From Gemmatimonadaceae bacterium (GTDB lineage: Bacteria; Gemmatimonadota; Gemmatimonadetes; Gemmatimonadales; Gemmatimonadaceae): 28,618 bases of DNA. The stretch is from contig JBBDYA010000068.1 of NCBI GenBank assembly GCA_040902005.1, positions 1 through 28,618 of the forward strand, read 5' to 3'. Below are positions 8,588 through 18,371 of the stretch, in pieces. The notes below the pieces were generated by a model. The model did no database searches. It saw only the letters and a list, made by a program, of their open reading frames with translations, and had not been told where the DNA came from. How positions within the stretch are numbered: the stretch's first letter is position 1; each line of letters starts with the position of its first letter. Position numbers and translations under genes: made by a program.

Positions 8588-11473
8588 ATGGACACTCACA
8601 CGATGACACCCCCCGCACCAGCCTTTGCCCGGATTCCAGGTGCTGAGGGCGGCCCGAAGCTCCAGAGCCACGACGCGGCGCGCGCGCTGCGCGAAAGCGA
8701 TCGTCGCTTTCGCGGACTCGTCGAGGCGATGGCGGAGATCGTCTGGCGGATCAAGCCTGACGGCACCACGATCGAGAGCTCGGGTTGGACCGAGTTCACC
8801 GGTCAGTCCCTCGACGACCTCGCGGCCAACGGCTGGGACTCCTCTGTCCACCCACAGGACAAGGCGCTGGTCCATGCTGCGTGGGCACGGGCCATGGCCT
8901 CGACAACGCCATTCGAGATGGTCTCACGGATTCGGGGACGCAGCGGCGAGTACCGATGGTTTCGCACGCAGGCTGCGCCCGTTTTGGATGACGCGGGCGC
9001 GGTGCTGGAGTGGGTGGGCCTCACCGCGGACATCGACGAGGAGCACCGCGTGGACGAGGCGCTCCAGCGGGCCAACGAGAAGCTGCGCGCGATCATCGCG
9101 ACGCAGGCGGAGATGGCTGCCGTGGGTATCACCCGCTCCGACCTGAAGCGGATCATCACGGATCGGGTGCGCACCTTGATGCCGTCCACCGAACTGCTGG
9201 GTGTGGCGACACCGTCGGGGGAGGACCTGGAATATCCCGGGCTCCTCGGTGCCGTCCCTTACGAGGCGGCCCTCCGCTTCCACCGTCACGCCAGCCTCAC
9301 GGGGTGGTGCTTCGAGCACCGGCAGTCCCTCCGGTGCGACGACATGGCGGCCGACACGCGCGCGTCGATGGTGGGCATCGCAGCGGTCGGTGTGCGCTCG
9401 ACCATCATGGCGCCCCTGATCACCAGGGGCGAGATCATCGGCGTCCTCTCGGCGTTCTCGCGCCAGCCGGCCGCGTTCACGGATGAGGATCTCCGCACGC
9501 TTGAACTGCTGGCCGGACTCCTCGCCGCCGCCCTGGCCAACGCCAAGGCGAACGAGGAGCGGCAGCTCCTGCTCGCCGAGCGCACCGCCGCGCTCGACCG
9601 GCTGCGGTCGAGCGAGGAGCTCTTCCGGTCCATCACCGAGCACTCCGACGAGATGATCAACATCATCGCCGCGGACGGCACCACCAAGTACTCAAGCCCG
9701 TCCGTTTTTCGCGTGCTCGGGTGGACCCCGCAGGAGTTGCTAGGGACGAATCCTGTCGAATTCGTGCACGAGGAGGACCGCGACACGATGCGCAACTCCT
9801 TCGAGGAACTCCTGTCACGCTCAGGGCGGTCCAGCATGATGATGGTGCGCATGCGTCACAAGGATGGATCCTGGCGCTACCTCGAGGGGAACGGCCGGAA
9901 CCTGCTCCACGTGCCGTCCGTCGCCGGCATCGTGGCCACCGCGCGCGATGTCACCGAGCGGGTCCAGACGCAGAAGGCCATCGAGTTTCAGGCGCAGCTG
10001 CTCCAGACGGTGGAGCAGGCGGTGATCGCGTGGGATGTGGAAGGACGGGTCACCCACTGGAACCGCTTCGCTGAAGCCATGATGGGGTGGCGCGCGGACG
10101 AGGTGATGGGCAACCAGGCGCAGCAATTCCTGGCGCCGGAAGGCGCGACGGCGGAAGCGCACGCGGAGGCGCAGAAGATCCTCGCCCACCTGCTGTCCGG
10201 CCGGAGCTGGAAGGGTGAAATCGAGGTGCGCCGGCGCGACGGCTCCGCCTTCACCATCGAAGTGTGCGACACGCCGATCTACGACACCGCCGGCAAGGTC
10301 TCCGGGTTCGTCAGCGTGGGCACCGACGTCACCCAGCGGCGGCAGCTCGAGGAGCAGCTGCGGCAGGCGCAGAAGATGGAAGCCATCGGCCAGCTCGCGG
10401 GCGGCGTGGCCCACGACTTCAACAATATCCTCACCGCCATCACGAGCTACAGCGAGCTGCTGCTGGACGACGTGGGCGAGTCCCCGATGCGCGCGGACCT
10501 CGTGGAGATCCGTCAGGCGGCCCGCCGGGCGGCGGACCTCACCAAGCAGCTCCTGGCCTTCAGCCGGCGCCAGGTGCTTCAGGTGGAAGTGCTCGACCTC
10601 GCGGCCGTCGTCCGTGACATGGAAGGCATGCTCAGGCGGTTGATCAGTGAGGACATCATCCTGGATACGACCTACCCGGAAAGCCCCATCATGGTGCGGG
10701 CGGACCGCGCGCAACTCGAGCAGGTGATCATGAATCTCGTCGTGAACGCCCGCGATGCACTTCCGGCCAATGGGCAGATTCGAGTCGCGGTCGAGAGCGA
10801 GGCGCACGCCGGAAAGGGCGACTCCGCGCGCGCGCTGCTTCGCGTCGTGGACAACGGATCAGGCATCCCGCCAGAGGTGCTTTCGAGGATCTTCGAGCCG
10901 TTCTTCACCACGAAGGAGCCCGGCAAGGGCACCGGACTCGGGCTGTCCGTGGTGTATGGGATCATCGACCAACTCGGCGGCACCATCGCCGTGGACAGCG
11001 AGGAAGGCACCGGCACGACATTCCGCATTCTCCTGCCCGTTGTGCGGGAGGCCGCACGCGCGGCTGACAGTGAGTCGCGGCCGCTCATTGGCGGAGACGA
11101 GACGATCCTGCTCGTGGAGGACAATGAGGCACTCGTGGACCTGAGCCAGCGCATCCTGGCTCAGCTGGGATACACCGTGCTCGCAGCATCAACGACTGTG
11201 GAAGCCCTGCGCCTCGCCGGCGCGCACGCCGTGGACGTCGTGGTGACGGACGTCGTGATGCCCGTGATGAGCGGCCCCGCGCTCATCGCCCATATCCGCG
11301 CAAGCGGGAAGGATCCCAAAGTCCTCTACATGTCCGGGTACACCGAAGAGGCGATCCCCCAGCGCCGCACGCCGAGCGACGGCACGGCGTTCCTGCCGAA
11401 GCCGTGGACACCGCGCGAGCTTGGGAGCGCGGTGCGCGACCTGATCGACAGTGCGGCTGCACAGGCCGCCTGA
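8588..11473 (+). CDS. Cytoplasmic hybrid sensor histidine kinase (PAS-GAF-PAS-PAS-HisKA-HATPase-REC), CckA-like
   Basis: [10 protein letters not shown]-box, [10 protein letters not shown]-box, [20 protein letters not shown], receiver ILLVED..VTDVVMP..MSGY..KP; PAS signatures (VHPQD, VHEED, WNRFAE); no clear TM segment. Confidence 0.92.
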   Translation: MDTHTMTPPAPAFARIPGAEGGPKLQSHDAARALRESDRRFRGLVEAMAEIVWRIKPDGTTIESSGWTEFTGQSLDDLAANGWDSSVHPQDKALVHAAWARAMASTTPFEMVSRIRGRSGEYRWFRTQAAPVLDDAGAVLEWVGLTADIDEEHRVDEALQRANEKLRAIIATQAEMAAVGITRSDLKRIITDRVRTLMPSTELLGVATPSGEDLEYPGLLGAVPYEAALRFHRHASLTGWCFEHRQSLRCDDMAADTRASMVGIAAVGVRSTIMAPLITRGEIIGVLSAFSRQPAAFTDEDLRTLELLAGLLAAALANAKANEERQLLLAERTAALDRLRSSEELFRSITEHSDEMINIIAADGTTKYSSPSVFRVLGWTPQELLGTNPVEFVHEEDRDTMRNSFEELLSRSGRSSMMMVRMRHKDGSWRYLEGNGRNLLHVPSVAGIVATARDVTERVQTQKAIEFQAQLLQTVEQAVIAWDVEGRVTHWNRFAEAMMGWRADEVMGNQAQQFLAPEGATAEAHAEAQKILAHLLSGRSWKGEIEVRRRDGSAFTIEVCDTPIYDTAGKVSGFVSVGTDVTQRRQLEEQLRQAQKMEAIGQLAGGVAHDFNNILTAITSYSELLLDDVGESPMRADLVEIRQAARRAADLTKQLLAFSRRQVLQVEVLDLAAVVRDMEGMLRRLISEDIILDTTYPESPIMVRADRAQLEQVIMNLVVNARDALPANGQIRVAVESEAHAGKGDSARALLRVVDNGSGIPPEVLSRIFEPFFTTKEPGKGTGLGLSVVYGIIDQLGGTIAVDSEEGTGTTFRILLPVVREAARAADSESRPLIGGDETILLVEDNEALVDLSQRILAQLGYTVLAASTTVEALRLAGAHAVDVVVTDVVMPVMSGPALIAHIRASGKDPKVLYMSGYTEEAIPQRRTPSDGTAFLPKPWTPRELGSAVRDLIDSAAAQAA

Positions 11474-11550
11474 GCGCGGGCGGCTGCCGCGCAGAGAGTG
11501 TCTTCCTTCCCCTTGACCCGTCACGTCTCGCGTGATGCCGCCGCATTCCC

Positions 11551-11556
11551 TATCAT
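11551..11556 (+). promoter_or_regulatory. -10 hexamer TATCAT, 6 nt before the GTG start (leaderless-type)
   Basis: TATCAT-caccgc-GTG, no SD; same geometry at two other genes. Confidence 0.6.
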
Positions 11557-11562
11557 CACCGC

Positions 11563-14500
11563 GTGACTACCAGACCCTTCCTCCGACTCATCGCCGGCGC
11601 GGCCATCCTGCTCCCCGGCGTCGACCTTCGCGCGCAGAACGCGCCCGCCATCGCAACTGACGCCGCGCGCGCCGCCGCGTCGCTCACCCTCCGCAGCATC
11701 GGCCCCGCGTCCATGGGCGGACGCATCGCCGACATTGCCGTCCACCCGATCAACAAGAGCACGTGGTACGTCGCGGTGGGATCGGGCGGCCTGTGGAAGA
11801 CGACCAACGCCGGCGTCACCTTTACGCCCGTCTTCGACGACCAGCCGTCGTACTCGCTCGGCGTCGTCACGATCGACCCGAATAATCCGGAGATTGTCTG
11901 GGTCGGCACTGGCGAGAACGTCAGCGGACGCCATGTGGGCTGGGGGGACGGCGTGTACCGCAGCGGCGACGCGGGCCGCAGCTGGCAGCGCATGGGACTG
12001 GTCAACTCGCAGCACGTCGGCCGCATTCTCGTGCATCCCCGCAACAGCAACGTGATTCTCGTTGCGGCCGAGGGGCCGCTCTGGTCCGCCGGCGGCGACC
12101 GCGGCGTGTATCGCAGTGAGGACGGTGGACGCTCATGGACCAACACGCTCTCGATCGACGCGTTCACCGGCGTCACCGACATCGAGTTCGCCCCCGACAA
12201 TCCGGACGTCGTGTACGCGGCGGCATACCAGCGACACCGCCAGGTGTGGGGATTCATGGCGGGCGGTCCGTCGTCGGGCATCTACAAGTCCACCGACGGC
12301 GGCAAGTCGTGGCGCAGGATCGCCACCGGGCTGCCCCGGGGCGACATGGGAAAGATCGGTCTCGCGGTCACACCCGCGGACCCGTCACTCGTGTACGCCA
12401 CCATCGAGGCGGGAGACGACGCGCGCGGCTTCTATCGCTCACGCGATCGCGGCGAGAGCTGGGAGAAGCGCAACAGCTACATCTCCGGCGGCACGGGACC
12501 GCACTACTACCAGGAGATCGAGGCATCGCCGGTGGACGCGAACACCGTCTACCAGATGGACGTGTTCATCAACGTGACGCGCGACGGCGGCGCAACCTTC
12601 AGCATTCTCGAGACGGGGCACACGAAGCACAGCGACAATCACGCGATGTGGATCGATCCCGCGAACCCCAGCCATCTGCTCGTTGGATCTGACGCTGGAC
12701 TGTACGAGAGCTTCGACGACGGCCGCGAGTTCCGGCACTTTCCCAACATGCCCATCTCGCAGTTCTACAAGGTGGCGCTGAGCAACCGCGAGCCCTTCTA
12801 CGACATCCTGGGCGGCGCGCAGGACCTGGGCACGCTCCACGGCCCGACCAGGACGCTCAACCAGGACGGCATCCGCAACCAGGACTGGTACGTCCCCATG
12901 GGCGCGGACGGCTACGGCGTTGCCATCGACCCGCGCGACGACCACGTCGTCTACCTGATGACGCAGCAGGGCAACCTGTCGCGCACCGACCGCCGCAGCG
13001 ACGAGCCGCTCGGCATCCGGCCGGCGCCGCGCGAGGGCGACGCGCCCGAACGCTGGAACTGGGACTCACCGATCATCATCAGCCCGCACAACGCAGACCG
13101 CATCTACTTCGCGTCGCAACGGCTCTGGCGCAGCGACAACCGCGGCGACGCCTGGACGCCGATCAGCAGCGACCTCACGCTCGGCACCAACCGGTATGAG
13201 CTTCCCTTCATGGGCAAGACGTGGAGCGTGGACGCGCTGCACGACAACGGCGCGATGTCCAAATACGCCACGATCACGACCATCGCCGAGTCCCCGGTGA
13301 CGGCGGGAGTGCTCGCCGTGGGCACCGATGACGGCCTCGTGCAATTCTCGCCCGACGGTGGACGCACCTGGGCGAGGTCGGTCCCCCTCCCCGGCCTGCC
13401 TGAGCGATCGTTCATCAACCGGATCGAGGCGTCGCTGGTGGACGCGAACACCTTCTATGTGGTGGCCGACGCGCACAAGGCCGGCGACTTCGCGCCGTAC
13501 GCGTATGTCACCACGGACCGGGGGCGGAGCTGGCGGTCGATTGCCGGCGACCTGCCGCGCGGCGCCATTCTCTGGGCGTTCCAGCAGGACCACGTTCGCA
13601 CGGACCTGTTCTTCGTGGGCGCCGAGAACGGGATCTACTGGTCGCCGAACGCGGGACGCAACTGGCACAAGCTGGGCGGCGGCGTGCCGACGATCGCATT
13701 CCGCGACCTGAAGATTCATCGGCGCGACAACGACCTGGTGGGCGCGACGTTCGGGCGCGGCTTTTATGTACTGGACGACTACTCACCACTGCGCTCGATC
13801 GCGTCGGGCGCGCTGGCGAGCGATGGCGCGCTGCTGCCGGTGCGGGACGCGTGGTGGTTCATTCCGTCGCCGGTGGCGCAGGCGCCGGGGCGTCCCACGG
13901 CCGGGAGCGACGACTATACCGCGCCGAACCCGCCGCACGGCGCGATCATCACGTACTGGCTGAAGGAGGCGCCGACGACCACGCGCGAATCACGGCTGGC
14001 GTCGGAGCGAGCGCTGCGCGACGCCGGCAGGGACGTTGCCTTCCCCGGGTTCGATCGCCTGCGCGCCGAGGCGGTGGAGCGCGGACCGCAGGTCTTCGTG
14101 CAGGTGAGCGACTCGGCGGGGCGGGCGGTGCGTCGCATCGCCGCGTCGGCGCGCGCGGGGTTGCACCGAGTGGCCTGGGACATGCGCGGTCCCGCGCCGT
14201 ATCCGGTGAACCTGAGCACGCCGGGCTTTCGTCCGCCGTGGGCCGGTGACCCGATCGGTCCGCTGAGGTCGCCGGGCCGCTACACCGCCGAGCTGCTGGT
14301 CGTGTCGGCCAGCGGCGTGCGCCGGCTGGGCGAGCCGCAGGCGTTCCGCATCAAGCCGGTGCCCAACGCTCCACCGGGCACGGACTACGTGGCCGTCGCC
14401 GCCTTTCAGCAGGAGACCGCTGAGCTGGCGCGTCGGATGGACGGCGTGTCCGCCGAGCTGGATCGCGTGCGCGACCGGCTGCGGTACATGCGGGCTGCAC

Positions 14501-14859
14501 TGGCAGAGGCGCCGCGCGCGAGTCCCACGCTGGCACTGCGGATGGACACCGTCGCGCAGCGCCTGGCGGCGCTCTCGATGCAGCTACGTGGCGATCCGGC
14601 ACGTCAGCGGCTGGACGAATCGAGCTCGCCCGGCCTGCGCAGTCGCGTGGGCGAGGTGATCGGCGGGCACTGGGATACGAGTCAGGCGCCGACCGCCACG
14701 CAGCGCGAGCACATCGCGGTCGCGCGCGCCGGGTTCGACGCCGTGGCGCGGGCGGTGGCTGCACTGGTGACGACCGACCTGCCGCGGATCGAGTCGGAGC
14801 TGGAGGCGGCCGGCGCACCGTGGACGCCGGGGCGCACGCTCAGCGTTCCGCCATCCTGA
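11563..14859 (+). CDS. Secreted BNR/Asp-box repeat (VPS10/sortilin-like) beta-propeller protein, putative glycosyl hydrolase
   Basis: Signal peptide ending LRA-Q; LRSIGPASMGGRIAD; about 11 Asp-boxes (S/T-x-D/N-x-G-x-x-W/F); GGAQD, RWNWDSP, ATFGRG; C-terminal helical region. Confidence 0.85.
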   Translation: MTTRPFLRLIAGAAILLPGVDLRAQNAPAIATDAARAAASLTLRSIGPASMGGRIADIAVHPINKSTWYVAVGSGGLWKTTNAGVTFTPVFDDQPSYSLGVVTIDPNNPEIVWVGTGENVSGRHVGWGDGVYRSGDAGRSWQRMGLVNSQHVGRILVHPRNSNVILVAAEGPLWSAGGDRGVYRSEDGGRSWTNTLSIDAFTGVTDIEFAPDNPDVVYAAAYQRHRQVWGFMAGGPSSGIYKSTDGGKSWRRIATGLPRGDMGKIGLAVTPADPSLVYATIEAGDDARGFYRSRDRGESWEKRNSYISGGTGPHYYQEIEASPVDANTVYQMDVFINVTRDGGATFSILETGHTKHSDNHAMWIDPANPSHLLVGSDAGLYESFDDGREFRHFPNMPISQFYKVALSNREPFYDILGGAQDLGTLHGPTRTLNQDGIRNQDWYVPMGADGYGVAIDPRDDHVVYLMTQQGNLSRTDRRSDEPLGIRPAPREGDAPERWNWDSPIIISPHNADRIYFASQRLWRSDNRGDAWTPISSDLTLGTNRYELPFMGKTWSVDALHDNGAMSKYATITTIAESPVTAGVLAVGTDDGLVQFSPDGGRTWARSVPLPGLPERSFINRIEASLVDANTFYVVADAHKAGDFAPYAYVTTDRGRSWRSIAGDLPRGAILWAFQQDHVRTDLFFVGAENGIYWSPNAGRNWHKLGGGVPTIAFRDLKIHRRDNDLVGATFGRGFYVLDDYSPLRSIASGALASDGALLPVRDAWWFIPSPVAQAPGRPTAGSDDYTAPNPPHGAIITYWLKEAPTTTRESRLASERALRDAGRDVAFPGFDRLRAEAVERGPQVFVQVSDSAGRAVRRIAASARAGLHRVAWDMRGPAPYPVNLSTPGFRPPWAGDPIGPLRSPGRYTAELLVVSASGVRRLGEPQAFRIKPVPNAPPGTDYVAVAAFQQETAELARRMDGVSAELDRVRDRLRYMRAALAEAPRASPTLALRMDTVAQRLAALSMQLRGDPARQRLDESSSPGLRSRVGEVIGGHWDTSQAPTATQREHIAVARAGFDAVARAVAALVTTDLPRIESELEAAGAPWTPGRTLSVPPS

Positions 14860-14920
14860 CGCCCTCGGGCATGGCGCCATCTGCGTCAGTCTGGGCTCGC
14901 TAGGGGGACCATCCCGAACA

Positions 14921-17608
14921 CTATCCGGTATTCCGCAGCCCCTGCGCAATCCCGCTCAACGTTGTCGCCAGCACTGCGTCCACATCCCCGTCCCCTCTTT
15001 CCCCGCCATCGTCCGCCGACAGCCGCTTGCGCCGCAGCAGTGCCACCTGGATGAGGGACAGCGGATCCACATAGGGATTCCGGAGGCCGATCGCCGACTG
15101 CAGGACGGCGTTCCCCGGCAGCAGCGTCGTCGCGTCGCGGATGCGCAGCACCGCGTCCACCGTGGTGGCGTACTCGCGCTCCAGCCGCGCCAGCAGCGCG
15201 AGATCGCCGCCAAGGCTTTGCACGTACAGCCGCGCGATCTCGAGGTCGGCCTTCGCGCAGACCATCTCGATCTTCCCCAGCAGGTCGTCGAAGAACGGCC
15301 AGCGCCGGGCCATCCGCCGCAGCACGTCCAGTCCGTCGGGCGTCGAGGCCAGCTGCCCGAGCGCAGTGCCCGCGCCCAGCCAGCCCGGCAGCATCAGCCG
15401 GATCTGCGTCCAGCCGAATCCCCACGGAATCGCGCGAATGCCGGCGATGCCGCTCCCGGCGCCCGGGCGGTAAGCGGGACGCGACCCGAAGCGCGCGTCC
15501 GCCAGCTCGTCCACCGGTGTCACCTGCCGGAACATCGCGAACAACGCGTCACCGTCGTGCGCCAGCTCCCGGAACACCGCCAGCCCGCGCGCGGCCAGGT
15601 CGCTCATCACCTGACGAAACTCTCGCATTTCGTCCGGCGACACTTCGGCCGGCCCCTCGTTGAATTCCTGAAGCAGTACGCCGGCCAGCGTGACCTCGAG
15701 CGTACGCTCCGCGATGGGCAGCAGCCCGAACTGCTGGGAGACGATTTCCCCCTGTTCAGTGATCTTGATCCGCCCGTTCACGGTGCCGGGGGGCAGCGCC
15801 GCCAGCGCGCGTGACACGGGCGATCCGCCGCCGCGTCCAACGCTCCCACCGCGTCCATGAAAGAGGCGCAGCGCCACGCCTGCGTCACGGAACGCGGCCG
15901 CGAGCTTTTCCTGTGCCTGATACAGCGCCCACGACGACGCGAGAATGCCGGCGTCCTTGCCAGAGTCCGAGTAGCCGATCATCACCTCCTGCCGCCCGCC
16001 TCGCGCGGCCAGTTGCCGTCGGTAGAGCGGGTCGGCGAGCAGCGCCGTCATCACGGCCGGCGCCCGCTCGAGATCAGCGCGCGTCTCGAACAGCGGCACC
16101 ACATCCAGGCGTGACGTGGGCGGATCGGCCTCGAGATCGGCGAGCCCCGCCGCGCGCGCCATGCGCAACGCGCGCAGCAGGTCGTCCGGCTCGGTCGTCA
16201 TCGAGACGATGTACGTGCACGCCGCGCGCTCGCCCATCTCGTCCTGAATCGTGCGGATGGCGTGGAAGGTGTCCAGCACGCTCTGGTTCTCGCCGGCGGC
16301 CGCGGCTCGAAGCTCGTCCGCATGGTCGCGCACGTCCATCAGGTACCCGTGCAGCCCGTGCGCGCGCACCATCGCGAGCAGCGGATCGATCGTGACGTGG
16401 CTGGTCTGCGTCGCGCCGGCGTGCAGGAGCTGCTCGCGCACCATCAGCAGGTCCCGCTCCATCTGCTCGGCGTTACTGTACGCCGCAGGGTCGGCGGCGT
16501 CGCGGCCGGCGTCCCGCCTGGCCGTCAGTCGCCGAGCAGCCTCCACGCGTGCCTTCATGAACGTGAGCTTCAGGCGTACCGGCTCGTCGGCGTTGCGCGC
16601 ACGGTTCGCCTCGTGCACGTCGGGCAGCAGCGCGGCGTCGGACCGGATCGACTCGCGCAGGGCGTCCGTGGGCGCGGCGATCGTCGCCGACACGGACAGG
16701 CGTTCCACCAGCGCCGAGAGCATGGTGGCGTAGCGGCCGAGCATCGCGTGGCTCGCGCGTCGCGCGGTCGCGATCGTGGCGTCGGGGGTGACGAACGGGT
16801 TGCCGTCGCGATCCCCACCCACCCAGTTCCCGAGGCCGAGCGGCACCAGCGCGCGCACGGCATCGGACGTCGTCTCGAACTCCTCCTCGAACGCGCGCAC
16901 CAGCGCGTCGCGCGCGCGCGCGGCGGCGTCCAGCAGCCGGGTCTCGAGATACCAGATGACCGTGCTCACTTCGTCCATGACGGATGGCCGGTCCTGGCGC
17001 ACCTCGGCGGTGAGCCAGAGCAGTTCCACCTCGCCATCGAGTTCGTCCTCGATGGCGTGGCGCTCCGAGGGAGGCGCGTCCTCGCGCGCGAGCAGCAGGT
17101 CGGCCACGCGCGCCTGGAGGCCCAGGAGCGTGCGCCGCGTGGACTCCGTCGGATGCGCGGTGAGCACCGGGCGAACGTCGAGTCCCAGCAGCGCGCGTTC
17201 CACCGCGGCGGCGTCATGCCCGGCGGCGCGCAGCGCGCGCAGCGCCCACCGCGCAGAGCCAGCCTGCGGCTCCACCCGGTCCGCCGTGCGATAGGCGCGC
17301 GCGCGGCGCACCCGGTGCACCTGCTCCGCGGTGTTGATGAGCAGGAAGAACAGCGTGAACGCGCGCGCCGTGACCGCCATGCGCTCGAGCGGGAGCGCCG
17401 CCACTCGCGCAAGCAGCGCATCGAGCGATGGGGCATCGGGATCGTCGTGGCGCCGCGCGCGACAGTCCTGGCGCAGCGACTCCACCGTGTTGAACGCCGC
17501 CTCCCCTTCGAGCCGATGGATCACCCGGCCGAGCGAGGCCGCGAGCCAACGCACGTCCTCGTGCAGCGGAACATCCTCACGCCGCACCTGCGCCTGCGTC
17601 ATGGACAT
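14921..17608 (-). CDS. ppc: Phosphoenolpyruvate carboxylase (bacterial type)
   Basis: VLTAHPTE, WVGGDRDGNP, VPLFET, QEVMIGYSDSGKDAG, FHGRGGSVGRGG, TEQGE, RAIPW, C-terminal GLRNTG. Confidence 0.95.
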   Translation of the reverse strand: MSMTQAQVRREDVPLHEDVRWLAASLGRVIHRLEGEAAFNTVESLRQDCRARRHDDPDAPSLDALLARVAALPLERMAVTARAFTLFFLLINTAEQVHRVRRARAYRTADRVEPQAGSARWALRALRAAGHDAAAVERALLGLDVRPVLTAHPTESTRRTLLGLQARVADLLLAREDAPPSERHAIEDELDGEVELLWLTAEVRQDRPSVMDEVSTVIWYLETRLLDAAARARDALVRAFEEEFETTSDAVRALVPLGLGNWVGGDRDGNPFVTPDATIATARRASHAMLGRYATMLSALVERLSVSATIAAPTDALRESIRSDAALLPDVHEANRARNADEPVRLKLTFMKARVEAARRLTARRDAGRDAADPAAYSNAEQMERDLLMVREQLLHAGATQTSHVTIDPLLAMVRAHGLHGYLMDVRDHADELRAAAAGENQSVLDTFHAIRTIQDEMGERAACTYIVSMTTEPDDLLRALRMARAAGLADLEADPPTSRLDVVPLFETRADLERAPAVMTALLADPLYRRQLAARGGRQEVMIGYSDSGKDAGILASSWALYQAQEKLAAAFRDAGVALRLFHGRGGSVGRGGGSPVSRALAALPPGTVNGRIKITEQGEIVSQQFGLLPIAERTLEVTLAGVLLQEFNEGPAEVSPDEMREFRQVMSDLAARGLAVFRELAHDGDALFAMFRQVTPVDELADARFGSRPAYRPGAGSGIAGIRAIPWGFGWTQIRLMLPGWLGAGTALGQLASTPDGLDVLRRMARRWPFFDDLLGKIEMVCAKADLEIARLYVQSLGGDLALLARLEREYATTVDAVLRIRDATTLLPGNAVLQSAIGLRNPYVDPLSLIQVALLRRKRLSADDGGERGDGDVDAVLATTLSGIAQGLRNTG

Positions 17609-17614
17609 GCGTGC

Positions 17615-17620
17615 ATGATA
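17615..17620 (-). promoter_or_regulatory. -10 hexamer TATCAT, 6 nt before the ppc ATG (leaderless-type)
   Basis: Minus strand reads TATCAT-gcacgc-ATG, no SD. Confidence 0.6.
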
Positions 17621-17737
17621 GCGTCGATGGCCGCGGCGGTCGCGGCTCGGCGCGGGGTTCGGTGGTCGGACGTTCGGCGGTCTGCCAACCGCGTCTCGCA
17701 CCCAACCCCGAGCCCCCGACGGTTTTGCCGGATCCGT

Positions 17738-18184
17738 CTACTTCACCGTGACGTCTTTCGAGCGCACCTCACTGCCGTCCACCATCACGCGGAAGGTGTA
17801 CTTGCCCACGGCCAGCCCCTCTGGCTTGGTGATGAAGAACGCGAAGTACGCGTTCTCCGCGGCGGAGCCCTCAGCACGCTGATCCACGACCGAGCTGTCC
17901 GGGAATGTCCAGCTGGCCGAAAGCTGGCCGTCCGTGGCCGTCCCGGAGGTGTGCACGGACGCGAAAATGGTATCGCTCCGGGCGAACTCGTCCGTCTTGT
18001 CCGTGATCTTCTTTTCCATGTCCGCGCTGCGGCCCATGTCCACGTCGATGACCGACAGCGCCGTGCGCGCAGCATCCATGGCCGAGCCGGCTGCTGAATC
18101 GATGGTGTCCCGCTGATCGCCGCTGCACGCCGCGGCGGTGGCAAACACGACCGCCATGCCGATCGCCTTGAAAGTGTGTGTCAT
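17738..18184 (-). CDS. Hypothetical lipoprotein with a probable beta-sandwich domain
   Basis: SD GAGGA; signal peptide with lipobox AAAC; beta-strand pattern ending GKYTFRVMVDG..VTVK. Confidence 0.8.
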   Translation of the reverse strand: MTHTFKAIGMAVVFATAAACSGDQRDTIDSAAGSAMDAARTALSVIDVDMGRSADMEKKITDKTDEFARSDTIFASVHTSGTATDGQLSASWTFPDSSVVDQRAEGSAAENAYFAFFITKPEGLAVGKYTFRVMVDGSEVRSKDVTVK

Positions 18185-18371
18185 TGATGTCCTCGTTGGC
18201 TGTAAGACCCGAGCGATGCTATGACCGTGTGGTCATCGCATCTGATTCGGCATGTGCCATGCCGCCGCCGCTCGGCCCGCCGCGTCATCGGCACGGCCGT
18301 GCGTCGCGCTCTCTGGAGGACGTGCGCTGGGCAGCGTAGACTACCCGTTGCCATCCTCGAGCCCGCCATCA

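Noticed and set aside
11521..11535. TCACG-N5-CGTGA palindrome upstream of the beta-propeller gene
   Set aside because: Only 5-bp arms; cannot be distinguished from chance without comparative data
14921..17608. Functional coupling of ppc to the pyrimidine operon through acetyl-CoA and CO2
   Set aside because: Separated by two unrelated large genes and has its own promoter signature; no sequence evidence for co-regulation
16262..18097. 611-aa plus-strand ORF, and many other long antisense or alternate-frame ORFs across the window
   Set aside because: Shadow ORFs expected from high-GC codon bias; no recognisable motifs; they overlap well-supported genes
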